Origin: Rhodothermales bacterium
GTDB lineage: Bacteria; Bacteroidota; Rhodothermia; Rhodothermales; BA12
Assembly: GCA_963793245.1 (NCBI GenBank)
Contig: CAWBZG010000002.1
Span: 716,973-780,972 of the forward strand
DNA: 64,000 bases
Reading direction: 5' to 3'
The notes under the pieces are model-generated. The model made no database searches and was not told the DNA's origin. It saw nothing but the letters and a program-made list of their open reading frames with translations. Shown here one piece after another: positions 1 to 9,451 of this stretch. A program made the translations under genes and the position numbers. The first letter of the stretch is position 1, and each line of letters begins with the position of its first letter.

Positions 1-630
1 TTCGATGTCGAAGAAGTTGGTGATCGTCCGCCCGTAGCGCGCTTCTACTCGCAGCACCGGCAGTGTCGCCCGCCGGATGTCGACACCGACCCCGGCGACT
101 CCGCTCAGGCTGACGTCGCTGAAGTATTTGGGGTAGGGATCGGTGAACGAGACGGTCCCGCGCCCCTCGTCGATGGCCTTCGTGAACGTTCCGGTGTCGC
201 TTCCAAGCAATACGTCGAGACGTGGCCCGGCGAGGATGAACGGGGTCCACGCGCGCCCACCAAACGGAGTGACTTTGGCGAGAACGCTCGATGAGGCAAC
301 GCCGAGCGAGGTGGTGGCTGTGCCTTCCGCGCCAATGAATCCCACCTCGTTGTTCGCCCGAATGGTAGCGACGAACGATTGTGCGTATCGCCGATGTGCG
401 TATCCCACTTCGCTCGTGACGGTGAGGAGGTCGCTGAACGCGAGGTCGGCAATGACGGCTGCCTCGAATCCGGTCCTTCTATCCGTGTCGATTTGGAAGT
501 CGGTCGTAGGGTTACGAACAGTCAGCGCCGAATGGTTGACGCCAGCGCGAAAGCCAAAGCCGATATCGGGTTGAGCGAAAACCGGAGTGGCGAGAGCGAA
601 GGCAACGAGCAGAACAGAAGCGCGGAGCAT
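1..630 (-). CDS. outer-membrane beta-barrel protein (porin-like), C-terminus beyond left edge
   Basis: Not in the ORF track because it is open to position 1. Reverse translation from ATG 630-628 gives the signal peptide MLRASVLLVAFALATPVFAQ, then PDIGFGFRAGVNHSALTV...RYGRTITNFFDIE with no stop. The sequence has a beta-strand-like alternation. Confidence 0.7.
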   Translation of the reverse strand, partial: MLRASVLLVAFALATPVFAQPDIGFGFRAGVNHSALTVRNPTTDFQIDTDRRTGFEAAVIADLAFSDLLTVTSEVGYAHRRYAQSFVATIRANNEVGFIGAEGTATTSLGVASSSVLAKVTPFGGRAWTPFILAGPRLDVLLGSDTGTFTKAIDEGRGTVSFTDPYPKYFSDVSLSGVAGVGVDIRRATLPVLRVEARYGRTITNFFDIE

Positions 631-732
631 AGGGGAAGGGGCCTGGATACAAAAGACTTAACCCAATGTTATCTCCAGCGCGCTTGCTTTGATTCGATCA
701 TCTCAAAACCACACAGCCAGTTCTCGCGTCGC

Positions 733-917
733 TCACGTCTTGCGCGGCTGCTTCTTGGCGGCGGGGAAGAGGACGTTGTTCAGGATGAGCCGGTAGCCGG
801 GCGAGTTCTTGTGCAGGTCGAGGTCGGTGGGTGGGGCGACATGGGGTGCATCTTGATCCGGATCAAGGACAGCCGGGATGAAAGTGCCGTAGCGTAAAGG
901 AAAGGCCGAACAGGTCG
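733..917 (-). pseudogene. start-less C-terminal remnant homologous to the 3' end of the 3334..4590 gene
   Basis: The minus-strand reading ...RYGTFIPAVLDPDQDAPHVAPPTDLDLHKNSPGYRLILNNVLFPAAKKQPRKT* matches the C-terminus of the 418-aa protein. The last 82 nt are identical except for one base. An in-frame TAG lies upstream and there is no start codon. Confidence 0.7.
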
Positions 918-1048
918 GCTACATCTCCTCGTTTTTCTTCTCTCCCATGGGTTTTCCTTTCCACCTCTTGGCGGCTCTTCTCGTCGTACGATCCGTACTG
1001 ACGCGTGCCACCTTCTTTGTTCAAATCGCTTTCTCGGGTCGTCGCACG

Positions 1049-1684
1049 GTGCGAACGGTTAATGTCGTTGGCGTGCTCGTTTTTCTGGCGGCTCCAGCGG
1101 CTCAAGCGCAACACACCGCGCCGGAGAGAAGCACGTTTGCGGAAGTCGGCATCGGGTTGGGAAAGAGCGAGTTTTATGGAAGGCTGGAAGAGGGTGATGA
1201 AGCCCGAGACGCCGCCGGTTTTAGTCCCAATCTGGGCGGCACGCTTTCGCTCGCCTTCTACCAGCGGGCCGACTGGCTATCCGAGCACGTGTATCTGGGA
1301 GGTCGCTTCAAAGTCCACATCGCTATGCCGACGTCTGGAGACGGTCCCGAAGAGTATTTCTTCAACCACTACTATGGAGGCGCGAGCGTCCGGGCGTACC
1401 CCTTCTCCGACCGCCGAACCGGACCGTACGCACAGGCCGATCTGACGTATGGACAGTTTACCGAAAAGCTGCGCGATCCGACCGCCAACCGCGCCGACCA
1501 CCAGTTCGCCGTCGGGCCGGGCGTGCTCGGAGCGATCGGTTACGCGCTGTGGGCAGGCGGTGAGCGGCGTTTGAACGTCCAATTCTATGTTCAGCGAAAC
1601 ATCGGGACCGGCGATGTTGACGGGGAGGGCGAAGTCGGATTCGACTACGGCGCGCTCGGAGCCGAAGTCACGATCGGCTTTTGA
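1049..1684 (+). CDS. small outer-membrane beta-barrel protein
   Basis: Lies within track ORF 947..1684. GTG at 1049 gives MRTVNVVGVLVFLAAPAAQAQ (signal peptide). The body is Gly/aromatic-rich and beta-strand-like, and the protein ends with F, as is typical of OMPs. Confidence 0.6.
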   Translation: MRTVNVVGVLVFLAAPAAQAQHTAPERSTFAEVGIGLGKSEFYGRLEEGDEARDAAGFSPNLGGTLSLAFYQRADWLSEHVYLGGRFKVHIAMPTSGDGPEEYFFNHYYGGASVRAYPFSDRRTGPYAQADLTYGQFTEKLRDPTANRADHQFAVGPGVLGAIGYALWAGGERRLNVQFYVQRNIGTGDVDGEGEVGFDYGALGAEVTIGF

Positions 1685-1758
1685 CTCATCGGCTGACGTT
1701 TTCTGCGTCGCAGCCGCGCCACTCTCTCATTCGCTATCCCTTTATCTCTAGTAGTCAT

Positions 1759-2679
1759 ATGTCCAACCTCCACGTCGTCTTCGGTGCTGGACCGCTAGGC
1801 CGCGCCACCACTTCTGCTTTGCTTCGCCGCGGTCTGTCCGTGCGCGTCATCAACCGCTCCGGCCGTGTCGCTGGACTCGACCCTTCCGTCGAAGTCGTCC
1901 GCGCCGACGCTGCACTTCCGCACGAAGCGCGCGCTGCAGCCCAAGGCGCTTCGGTCGTCTACCAGTGCGCTCAGCCGGGTTACAGCGAGTGGCCGAAGCA
2001 TTTTCCCTCACTCCAGGCCAGCATCCTTGACGCAGCGCGCGCATGCAATGCCCGTCTCGTCGTCGCCGACAACCTCTATCTGTATGGCGAGCACGACGGA
2101 CCGCTCGTAGAGACGCTTCCCTCGAACACGACCACTCGCAAGGGGACCGTCCGCGCTCGTATGGCCGAACTGCTGATGGAGGCGCACGAACGGGGCGATG
2201 TAGCCGTCACGGTCGGGCGTGGCTCTGATTTTTTCGGTCCTGGAGTTGTAGGGTCGGCCGTTGGAAATCGCTTCTTCAAAGCCATCGCGGAAGGAAAAAC
2301 GGCGAACGTCGGGGGCAATCCCGACGCGCTCCACACCTATACGTTCGTCGAGGACTTCGGCGAGGCGCTAGCCATACTAGGCGGGCGGGACGAGGCACTG
2401 GGGCGAGCGTGGCACATTCCCAACGCGCCGACCGTCACCACGCGGGCGTTTGTCGAGCGCGCGTTCGAGATCGCTGGTCACTCACCTACAATCCGCGCAT
2501 CCGGGCCGACGATGCTTCGGATGATCGGACTGTTCGTGCCGGAGGTGCGTGAGAGCGTCGAGATGCTGTACCAGTTTGAGCGTCCGTTCGTGGTCGATCA
2601 CACAGCCTATGCGGAAGCGTTCGGCGACCACGCGACGCCACTCGACGCATCTCTCGCTCGGACTCTAGAAGCGCTATAA
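1759..2679 (+). CDS. NAD(P)-dependent epimerase/dehydratase-family (extended SDR) protein
   Basis: ATG at 1759 gives MSNLHVVFGAGPLGRATTSALLRRG, a Rossmann GxGxxG motif. The rest resembles the SDR/NmrA fold. Confidence 0.75.
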   Translation: MSNLHVVFGAGPLGRATTSALLRRGLSVRVINRSGRVAGLDPSVEVVRADAALPHEARAAAQGASVVYQCAQPGYSEWPKHFPSLQASILDAARACNARLVVADNLYLYGEHDGPLVETLPSNTTTRKGTVRARMAELLMEAHERGDVAVTVGRGSDFFGPGVVGSAVGNRFFKAIAEGKTANVGGNPDALHTYTFVEDFGEALAILGGRDEALGRAWHIPNAPTVTTRAFVERAFEIAGHSPTIRASGPTMLRMIGLFVPEVRESVEMLYQFERPFVVDHTAYAEAFGDHATPLDASLARTLEAL

Positions 2680-3273
2680 GCCGCGCTGCTGGCTGACCCG
2701 GCCTCGGATACGGCTCAGTGCCTCGGGCGTGATGCCGAGATAGGAGGCCACTTGATAGAGCGGAACCTGCTCGATCACTTTGGGGCGCTCGTCCAACAAG
2801 GCGAGGTACCGCTCCTCAGCACTTCGGAGCAGAAAACTCGCCGTGCGGAGTTGGGAGAACGCGACCACTTGTTCGAACAAACGTCTGCCGAATCGCTCGA
2901 ATGCCGGGTCGGAATCGTAGAGGTCATGCAAAACCGTCCGGGATATCAGCGTGACGACGGTTGGCTCCAGCGCGTCGATATTCTGGAGAGCGGGACGTTG
3001 CAACACAAACGAGGCTACGTCTGCGACAAATGTCCCCGGAAAGAAAAACTGGCCCGTGTGCTCCGTACCGTCCGATAAGTAGTAATAGCGCAGCAGACCC
3101 GACTCGACGAAGGCAACCTGGCGAGACACGTCGCCTTCTCGCAGCAGATGCTCGCCCTTGTCCAATGTCTTGATCTCCGAAGTCCGCTGAAGTACCTCGA
3201 ACGTCGCCTGGGACGGCTTGGCGAATCGTTCGACGGCCGATCGCAGATGGGCTGCAGCGTCAGTTGGACTCAT
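2674..3273 (-). CDS. Crp/Fnr-family transcriptional regulator
   Basis: 199 aa. It has an N-terminal cNMP-binding-like beta-roll (LLREGDVSRQVAFVESGLLRYYY) and a C-terminal HTH (VPLYQVASYLGITPEALSRIR). Confidence 0.85.
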   Translation of the reverse strand: MSPTDAAAHLRSAVERFAKPSQATFEVLQRTSEIKTLDKGEHLLREGDVSRQVAFVESGLLRYYYLSDGTEHTGQFFFPGTFVADVASFVLQRPALQNIDALEPTVVTLISRTVLHDLYDSDPAFERFGRRLFEQVVAFSQLRTASFLLRSAEERYLALLDERPKVIEQVPLYQVASYLGITPEALSRIRGRVSQQRGL

Positions 3274-3333
3274 CGTTGGGGAAGGAAGGGTACCGCGACG
3301 TAGGTGGAGTCGAGAAGAGCAGTCCGGCTAGAC

Positions 3334-4590
3334 TCACGTCTTGCGCGGCTGCTTCTTGGCGGCGGGGAAGAGGACGTTATTCAGGATGAGCCGGTAGCCG
3401 GGCGAGTTCTTGTGTAAGCTCAGATCGGTGGGCGGGTCGCCGACGAAGTGCTGGTAGTCTTCGGGGTCGTGTCCTGCATAGAAGGCGAACGTGCCCTGGC
3501 CCAGCGTACCGTGCAGGTACTTGACTTCTTGCTGCGGACTCTCGCCCATGATGACGACGCCCGGCTTGATCAGCGACTTGCGAAACGCTGTCGTTTGTCC
3601 AACAAAGCCCTTGACCGAGGCGACGTGGTTTTGGGTCAGCATCGTCGGGACCGGGTCCCATTTGGCCGAGAAGTCGAACAGGGTAAAGAAGTCGATGGCC
3701 GGATCGCGCAGCGGCGGCGGCGGCGGACCTACGTCGATGTCGGAGTGCTCGTATTCGGTTGCGGCGAACGACGGCGTAAAATTCTCAAACGCAATCGTCT
3801 GACCCCAATCCAGGCGGTCGACGGCGCCGGGGTCGATGGGGTCGCCGTCGTAATCGGCGGGGACGATGTCGGTCTGGTGAGCGGCGAGGGCGATGTCGAA
3901 CGTGTCGGTGCCGCTGCACATCGCGAACAGGAAGCCGCCTCCGCGTACGTACTCGCGGATCGTCTGGGCGACTTCCAGCTTGAGTTGACTCACCTTGCGG
4001 TAGCCGTAGGCGCGCGCCTGCTCCTCGGCCTGCCGCTGCTGCTCGATGAACCAACCGGCGTTGCGGTACTGATAGAACTTGCCGTACTGCCCCGTAAAAT
4101 CCTCGTGGTGCAGGTGGACCCAGTCGAACTCCGAAAGGCGCCCGGTCAAGATGTCCTCGTCGTAGATCTGCTCGAACGGCACCTCGGCGTAGTTGAGCGC
4201 GAGCAGGACGGCGTCGTCCCACGGCAGCGTCTGATCCGGCGCGTAGACGGCGATCTTGGGCACCTTTTCGAGTCGCACCGCCGCCGTATTCGCCGCATCG
4301 CCCTCGACTTGCGACAGGATCTGCGCGCTCTGTACACCCGACGACCGCTCGAACGAAACGCCTCGAATCCGCAATTCAGCCTCAGCCGACGCCGACGCGG
4401 GCATCAGAAACGAGCCGCCCCGATAGTTGAGCAGCCACTCGACCTGCGACCCCTGCTGCAGCGCCCAGAACGCGACACCGTACGCTTTCAGGTGATTCGT
4501 CTGGCTTTCGTCCATCGGAATCACGAAGTCCTGCGCGCGGGCGGGGAGCGCGAGTAGGAGGAGTAGAAAGAGAAGAGAGCGCATAACCAA
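3334..4590 (-). CDS. conserved secreted protein of unknown function
   Basis: 418 aa with signal peptide MVMRSLLFLLLLLALPARAQ. Coding-like composition; I cannot assign a family with confidence. Its 3' end is duplicated at 733..815. Confidence 0.7.
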   Translation of the reverse strand: MVMRSLLFLLLLLALPARAQDFVIPMDESQTNHLKAYGVAFWALQQGSQVEWLLNYRGGSFLMPASASAEAELRIRGVSFERSSGVQSAQILSQVEGDAANTAAVRLEKVPKIAVYAPDQTLPWDDAVLLALNYAEVPFEQIYDEDILTGRLSEFDWVHLHHEDFTGQYGKFYQYRNAGWFIEQQRQAEEQARAYGYRKVSQLKLEVAQTIREYVRGGGFLFAMCSGTDTFDIALAAHQTDIVPADYDGDPIDPGAVDRLDWGQTIAFENFTPSFAATEYEHSDIDVGPPPPPLRDPAIDFFTLFDFSAKWDPVPTMLTQNHVASVKGFVGQTTAFRKSLIKPGVVIMGESPQQEVKYLHGTLGQGTFAFYAGHDPEDYQHFVGDPPTDLSLHKNSPGYRLILNNVLFPAAKKQPRKT

Positions 4591-4646
4591 AAGAGATCAC
4601 AAAGAAAAACCGTAAGGGCGATACACGTATCGCCCCGAGTGCTGGG

Positions 4647-6509
4647 TCACGAAGGCGCGTCGCCCCGAATCCGGCGTATGCGCTGGCGCACATCGGGCAC
4701 GAGGAGGGAGCCGGGGTAGTCTGCGAGCAGTCGGGCCAGAGTAGCGAGTGCGGCGTCGGTGTCGCCTTGGGCAAGCTGGAGGTCGGCGAGATAGAGCACC
4801 GCGCGGTCGGCGAGGTAGGAGTTGGGCGAGGTCTCGACGAGTGACGCGAGCACGGCGGCTGCTTCGTCCATCCGATCGAGGCCGCGCAGGGCGTCGGCTC
4901 GGAGCATCGCCATCTCGTCGACGAGCGCATGCGTCGGGAAGTCGGCGGAGATCGCGTCGAGCGCGTCGAGCGAGGCCAACCGCTGGCCCTGACGGGCGAG
5001 GAGACTTGCGCTCGAAAAGCGACGGAGCGGCGTGTTGAGGCTGTCGGGTCCCTCGTTCTCGGTCAGCAGCAGCGTCAGGGCGATGGCGTCGTTGGCGGTG
5101 TCGTTCGACGTGTTGTCGGTCAGGATCTCGGCGAGCGTCAGCGCGCTCTCGAACTCGCCCCTATAGAAGTGAATCTGGGCGCGTTCCAAGCGGGCACGCT
5201 CGGCCAGATCGCCGACCCGCAGGCGGTCTTCCAGTCCGGCGAAGGCGAGGGAGGCATCGTCCAATCGGTTGTCGAGTATGGCGATGCGCCCGCGCTCGAA
5301 TGCGGCATCGTCGGCTGCAGGAGCGTTGGGAAAGCGCGCCGTCAGCATGTTCAGGAGCGAGTCCGCAGCGGGTGCGTCGTCGAGGTGATCGAGTTGGAGG
5401 CGAGCGGCCTGGAGCAGCACGTTAGGCGTCGCCGGATGCGTCGGATAGCGCGTCAGAAACTGGTCGTAGGCACTGAGCGAACGGCGGTAGCGCGCGCTCG
5501 CCGAGTCTGCGGAGATGGTGTCGGCGTCGGCCCAGAGTTGGAGCAGAATGCCGCGTCCGGCCAGGGCTTCGGGAGCGGCAGGGCTGTCGGGGTAGCGGGA
5601 CAGGATCTCGGCGTAGGCAGCGGCGGCCTGGTCGAACGCTCCAGCAGACTGCGCGCGCTCGGCGAACTGGTACAGCGCCTGCCCCTGCTCGCCCTCCAGC
5701 CGGTCGATGGCGCGCGTGGCGTCGAGCGCCTTGGAGTATTCGCCCTGTTCGGCGTAGAGCCACCCCAGCAATTCCCGGATCGGGCGTTCGAGCGGTTTTG
5801 CGCGCACCGCCTCCTCGAAGACGGCGACGGTGGTGTTGACGGCTTCGGGCTGCTCGGTGAAGCGCTGCAACCGCTGCCGCACGAACTGCTGCTGGCGTGG
5901 CTCGCCTTCGAGCATCCGCACATACGTTTGGGCGGCGTCGGCATGCTGACCGTTCAGGCTGTACAGGTAGGCGAGGTCGTGGACGAAGGCCGTGGGTGCG
6001 ACGGATGCCTGCGAGCGTTCCAGCACGGCGATGGCGCGTCCAAACAGCCGCTGCTCGAACTGCATCCGATAGAGTGTGCCGAACAACCCCAGGTCTTTCT
6101 CGCGCTCGGCATCGTCGGCGAGTGCGTCCCACGCGGCGAACGAATCGGCTTCTCGTCCGGCGGCGTAGAGAACGGCGGCACGTCGGGCACGCAGTTCGTC
6201 GTCGGGGGCGGTCGTGAGGTAGGAGTCGATCAGAGCGAGCGCGTCATCGTACCGTTTGACCGACTCGTACGCCTGCCGCAATCGGTCGAAGACGGGACGC
6301 GAACGAGGGTCGTCTTCGCGCAACTCCTCGAGCAGCGTGATGGCGCGCTCGTACTGTCCTACGCGCAGGTAGCTGTCCGCCAGGCGCAGGCGAGCGGCAC
6401 CTTCCGGCTCGCGTTCGGCGTCGTTTTCTTCGGCTGTGACGCGGTGATTCTGCGCATAAGCGGGCGCGGCGGTCGAGAGCGCGAGGGCGAGCAGAAACAG
6501 ACGGATCAT
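4647..6509 (-). CDS. secreted tetratricopeptide-repeat (TPR) protein
   Basis: 620 aa with signal peptide MIRLFLLALALSTAAPAYAQ. TPR-like A/Y/L helical pairs repeat throughout. Confidence 0.8.
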   Translation of the reverse strand: MIRLFLLALALSTAAPAYAQNHRVTAEENDAEREPEGAARLRLADSYLRVGQYERAITLLEELREDDPRSRPVFDRLRQAYESVKRYDDALALIDSYLTTAPDDELRARRAAVLYAAGREADSFAAWDALADDAEREKDLGLFGTLYRMQFEQRLFGRAIAVLERSQASVAPTAFVHDLAYLYSLNGQHADAAQTYVRMLEGEPRQQQFVRQRLQRFTEQPEAVNTTVAVFEEAVRAKPLERPIRELLGWLYAEQGEYSKALDATRAIDRLEGEQGQALYQFAERAQSAGAFDQAAAAYAEILSRYPDSPAAPEALAGRGILLQLWADADTISADSASARYRRSLSAYDQFLTRYPTHPATPNVLLQAARLQLDHLDDAPAADSLLNMLTARFPNAPAADDAAFERGRIAILDNRLDDASLAFAGLEDRLRVGDLAERARLERAQIHFYRGEFESALTLAEILTDNTSNDTANDAIALTLLLTENEGPDSLNTPLRRFSSASLLARQGQRLASLDALDAISADFPTHALVDEMAMLRADALRGLDRMDEAAAVLASLVETSPNSYLADRAVLYLADLQLAQGDTDAALATLARLLADYPGSLLVPDVRQRIRRIRGDAPS

Positions 6510-6597
6510 ACCTCGCTCAACGCCCGATGCGCGGCGATGTTGTCCGGTCTGCCGACTCTGATGCGGCTATCTTGCAGGCCACCCCAACCGTTTTCTC

Positions 6598-7785
6598 GTG
6601 ACGCAACGCATCGCCACGCAACACGTTGCCGTTTTAGGCTCGACCGGCTCCATCGGCACCCAGACGCTCGACGTTGCCCGGCTCTTCCCCGATCGCGTCC
6701 GCGTCCACGCGCTGTCCGCACACAGCAACGTCGACTTGCTGGCCGAGCAAGCGCGCGAGTTCAAGCCATCCGTTATTGCAATTGGGGATGCGGAAGGTGC
6801 CGATGCATTGGCCGAACGGTTGGCCAGCATGGGCACGCGTCGGCCTGAGATTTTGCACGGCTCGGATGCGCTCGAACAGATCGCTGCCTCGTCTGAAGTC
6901 GACACGCTCGTTGCCGCCGTCGTAGGAGCGGCGGGACTTCGGAGCACGCTGGCGGCGGCCTGCGCGGGCAAGCGGATCGCGCTGGCGAACAAAGAGTCTC
7001 TGGTGGCGGGAGGGGAGATCGTGACGCGCGCCGTCGCCCAGAGCAGCGCCCAGTTGCTGCCGGTCGACAGCGAGCACTCGGCGCTGTTTCAGTGTCTGGT
7101 CGGCGAGCCGCCCGAACGCGTCGAAAAGCTGACCCTGACGGCGTCCGGCGGACCGTTCCGCACGCGCGACCTGTCGACGTTTGGCGCCATCACTCCGTCC
7201 GACGCGCTCAACCACCCGACGTGGTCGATGGGCGCCAAAATCAGCATCGACTCGGCGACGATGATGAACAAGGGGCTGGAGGTCATCGAGGCCCGCTGGC
7301 TCTTCGACATTCCCGCCGACCGCATCAACGTCGTGATCCACCCTCAGTCGATCGTCCACTCGCTCGTCACGTTCGTCGACGGATCGGCCAAAGCGCAGTT
7401 GGGCATGCCGAGCATGGTCGTCCCGATCCAGTATGCGTTGACCTATCCCGACCGCTGGCCCGCGCCGCATCCGCGCATGGACTGGGCCGAGATTGGCAGA
7501 CTCGACTTCGCGCCTCCAGAAGCCGCGCGCTACCCGTGTCTGGGCTTGGCGTTCGACGCGTTGGAGCAGGGCGGAACGGCTCCGGCCATTCTGAATGCCG
7601 CCAACGAAGTTGCCGTCGCGCATTTCCTCGACGGCGCGCTGGGGTTCGTCGACATCGCCTCAGTCGTCGCCGATGTGCTGTCTGCTGCTGACGTACAGTC
7701 TGCCGACTCGCTGGACGCCGTGCTGGGTGCGGATGCCGACGCGCGCCGGTTGGCGACGGCGGCGTGCGTGCGGTTGCGTGGGTGA
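6598..7785 (+). CDS. dxr: 1-deoxy-D-xylulose-5-phosphate reductoisomerase
   Basis: 395 aa. Contains the NADPH motif VAVLGSTGSIGTQTLDV and the Dxr blocks LANKESLV, DSEHSA and NKGLEVIEA. Confidence 0.95.
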   Translation: MTQRIATQHVAVLGSTGSIGTQTLDVARLFPDRVRVHALSAHSNVDLLAEQAREFKPSVIAIGDAEGADALAERLASMGTRRPEILHGSDALEQIAASSEVDTLVAAVVGAAGLRSTLAAACAGKRIALANKESLVAGGEIVTRAVAQSSAQLLPVDSEHSALFQCLVGEPPERVEKLTLTASGGPFRTRDLSTFGAITPSDALNHPTWSMGAKISIDSATMMNKGLEVIEARWLFDIPADRINVVIHPQSIVHSLVTFVDGSAKAQLGMPSMVVPIQYALTYPDRWPAPHPRMDWAEIGRLDFAPPEAARYPCLGLAFDALEQGGTAPAILNAANEVAVAHFLDGALGFVDIASVVADVLSAADVQSADSLDAVLGADADARRLATAACVRLRG

Positions 7786-7800
7786 CGCGGTGAGAGTGGG

Positions 7801-7903
7801 CCTCCGTCGCAGCATGCTGCGACGCTACGGGGCGTGGCGTTTCAGAACAGCTTGGGTCGTCAGATTCCACCTCCCGTAGCGCCGGGATATATCCCGGCGG
7901 AGG
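7801..7903. repeat. inverted pair of GTAG-headed palindromic (REP-like) elements downstream of dxr
   Basis: 7801..7832 read on the minus strand gives CCCCGTAGCGTCGCAGCATGCTGCGACGGAGG. 7870..7903 gives CCTCCCGTAGCGCCGGGATATATCCCGGCGGAGG. Each contains a perfect 20-bp palindrome. Confidence 0.65.
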
Positions 7904-8039
7904 CCAACTCCGCACATTCCGCCGAGCCACGTTCCGGCAACACACAGAGCGCACGTTCTCACCTCACATTCCCCGACGCCCGCTCGCTCGCGCCGTAGCT
8001 TGAAGGCTTCCTAGTGCCTGACCTATCTGCATCCACCGC

Positions 8040-9449
8040 ATGGACGCCATCGTCAACTTCCTGCCGTACATCGGCTACATCATCCTGGCGATCACGATTC
8101 TCGTGTTCGTCCACGAGATGGGCCACTTCCTGGCAGCCAAGCTGTTCGGCATGCGCGTCGAGCGCTTCTCCATCGGCTTCCCGCCCAAGCTGTTCGGCAA
8201 GCAGATCGGCGACACCGAGTACGTCATCGGCGCGACGCCGCTGGGCGGCTACGTCAAGATCTTGGGCATGGTCGACGAGAGCATGGACACCGATGGGCTA
8301 GCCGAAGAGCCGAAAGAGTGGGAGTTTCGCGCCAAACCGGTGTGGCAGCGCATCATCGTCATCACGGCAGGCGTCATCTTCAACATGATCCTGGCGTGGA
8401 TCATCTTCGCCGTCCTCAAAGGCACGTACGGCGAAGAATATCTGCCCGCGTCGAGCGTCGACGCGATCCACGTGTTCGACGAATCGCTCGGCTACGACAT
8501 CGGACTGCGCACCGGCGACCGTCTCGTCTCTATCGGCGGCGAACCGCTCGAACGCTTTTCCGACTACCGCGAGCGCATGGTTCTGGCCGACCCGCTGACG
8601 ATCACGGTCGAGCGCAACGGTCAGATGGTGACGCTCGACGGCCCGCGCGACATCATGACCCAACTCACGCGCAGCGACGGCGATCTGGGAATCGACATCT
8701 ACAAAGCCATCGTCGGCGACGTGTCCGGTGCCTTGCCCGCCGATTCTGCTGGACTGCAAGTCGGTGATCGCATAACGCGTGTCGGCAATCAGTCCATTGC
8801 GTTCTGGAGCGAACTCTCTGGCGCGGTTCAGGCGACGGGAGGTCAGGAAATCGAAGTCGAGTTTGTGCGTCCCGATAGCCTCGGCGCGCCTGCTGCTGAC
8901 AGCCCGGTCCAACTCGTCCGCGATCAGGGCGATGCGGCAGTGTACATGACACGTTTGCGCCCCCAGATGGTCGATTCGTCACTCGTGCTCGGCGTTACCG
9001 TCGCGCCGTTGGTGACGCAGTATCAGGTCGAATACGAGCAGTATGGGTTTTTCGAGTCCATCGGCGCAGGATGGAACGAAGTCGGCGCGCAGACGGCGGG
9101 CATCGCGGGCAACCTGGGGCGTGTGTTTTCGGGACGCGACAATCTGCGCGAGAATCTGGGCGGTCCGGTGATGGTGGCGAAAGTCGCCCGCGATGCGGCT
9201 CGGCTCGGCTGGGATCGGTACTGGGCGCTCGTGGCGATGCTCTCGATCACGCTCGCCATCCTCAACATCCTGCCGATTCCCGCGCTCGACGGTGGACACT
9301 TGGTCTTCCTGATCTACGAAGGGATCACGCGGCGCGAGCCGTCTCTCAAGGTGCGGATGGTGCTCCAGCAGGTCGGCATGGTACTGCTGCTGGTGTTCAT
9401 GGTGTTCATCTTCGGCAACGACATCGTCCGGCTCGTGACGGGCGGATAG
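8040..9449 (+). CDS. rseP: RIP metalloprotease RseP (site-2 protease)
   Basis: 469 aa with the HEMGH zinc motif in TM1, PDZ-like central region and the C-terminal motif LNILPIPALDGGH. The dxr-rseP neighbourhood is conserved. Confidence 0.9.
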   Translation: MDAIVNFLPYIGYIILAITILVFVHEMGHFLAAKLFGMRVERFSIGFPPKLFGKQIGDTEYVIGATPLGGYVKILGMVDESMDTDGLAEEPKEWEFRAKPVWQRIIVITAGVIFNMILAWIIFAVLKGTYGEEYLPASSVDAIHVFDESLGYDIGLRTGDRLVSIGGEPLERFSDYRERMVLADPLTITVERNGQMVTLDGPRDIMTQLTRSDGDLGIDIYKAIVGDVSGALPADSAGLQVGDRITRVGNQSIAFWSELSGAVQATGGQEIEVEFVRPDSLGAPAADSPVQLVRDQGDAAVYMTRLRPQMVDSSLVLGVTVAPLVTQYQVEYEQYGFFESIGAGWNEVGAQTAGIAGNLGRVFSGRDNLRENLGGPVMVAKVARDAARLGWDRYWALVAMLSITLAILNILPIPALDGGHLVFLIYEGITRREPSLKVRMVLQQVGMVLLLVFMVFIFGNDIVRLVTGG

Positions 9450-9451
9450 CG

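Noticed and set aside
816-3333. Calling the repeat-bracketed 2.6-kb segment a genomic island or integrative element
   Set aside because: It has no integrase, recombinase or mobility gene and no obvious compositional difference from the flanks. I kept it as a repeat/remnant observation only.
4929-6848. 639-aa ORF on the + strand
   Set aside because: It lies entirely antisense to the well-supported TPR gene (4647..6509) and runs into the dxr upstream region. The composition is Arg/Gly/Val-rich with no motifs. This is a typical open antisense frame in GC-rich DNA.
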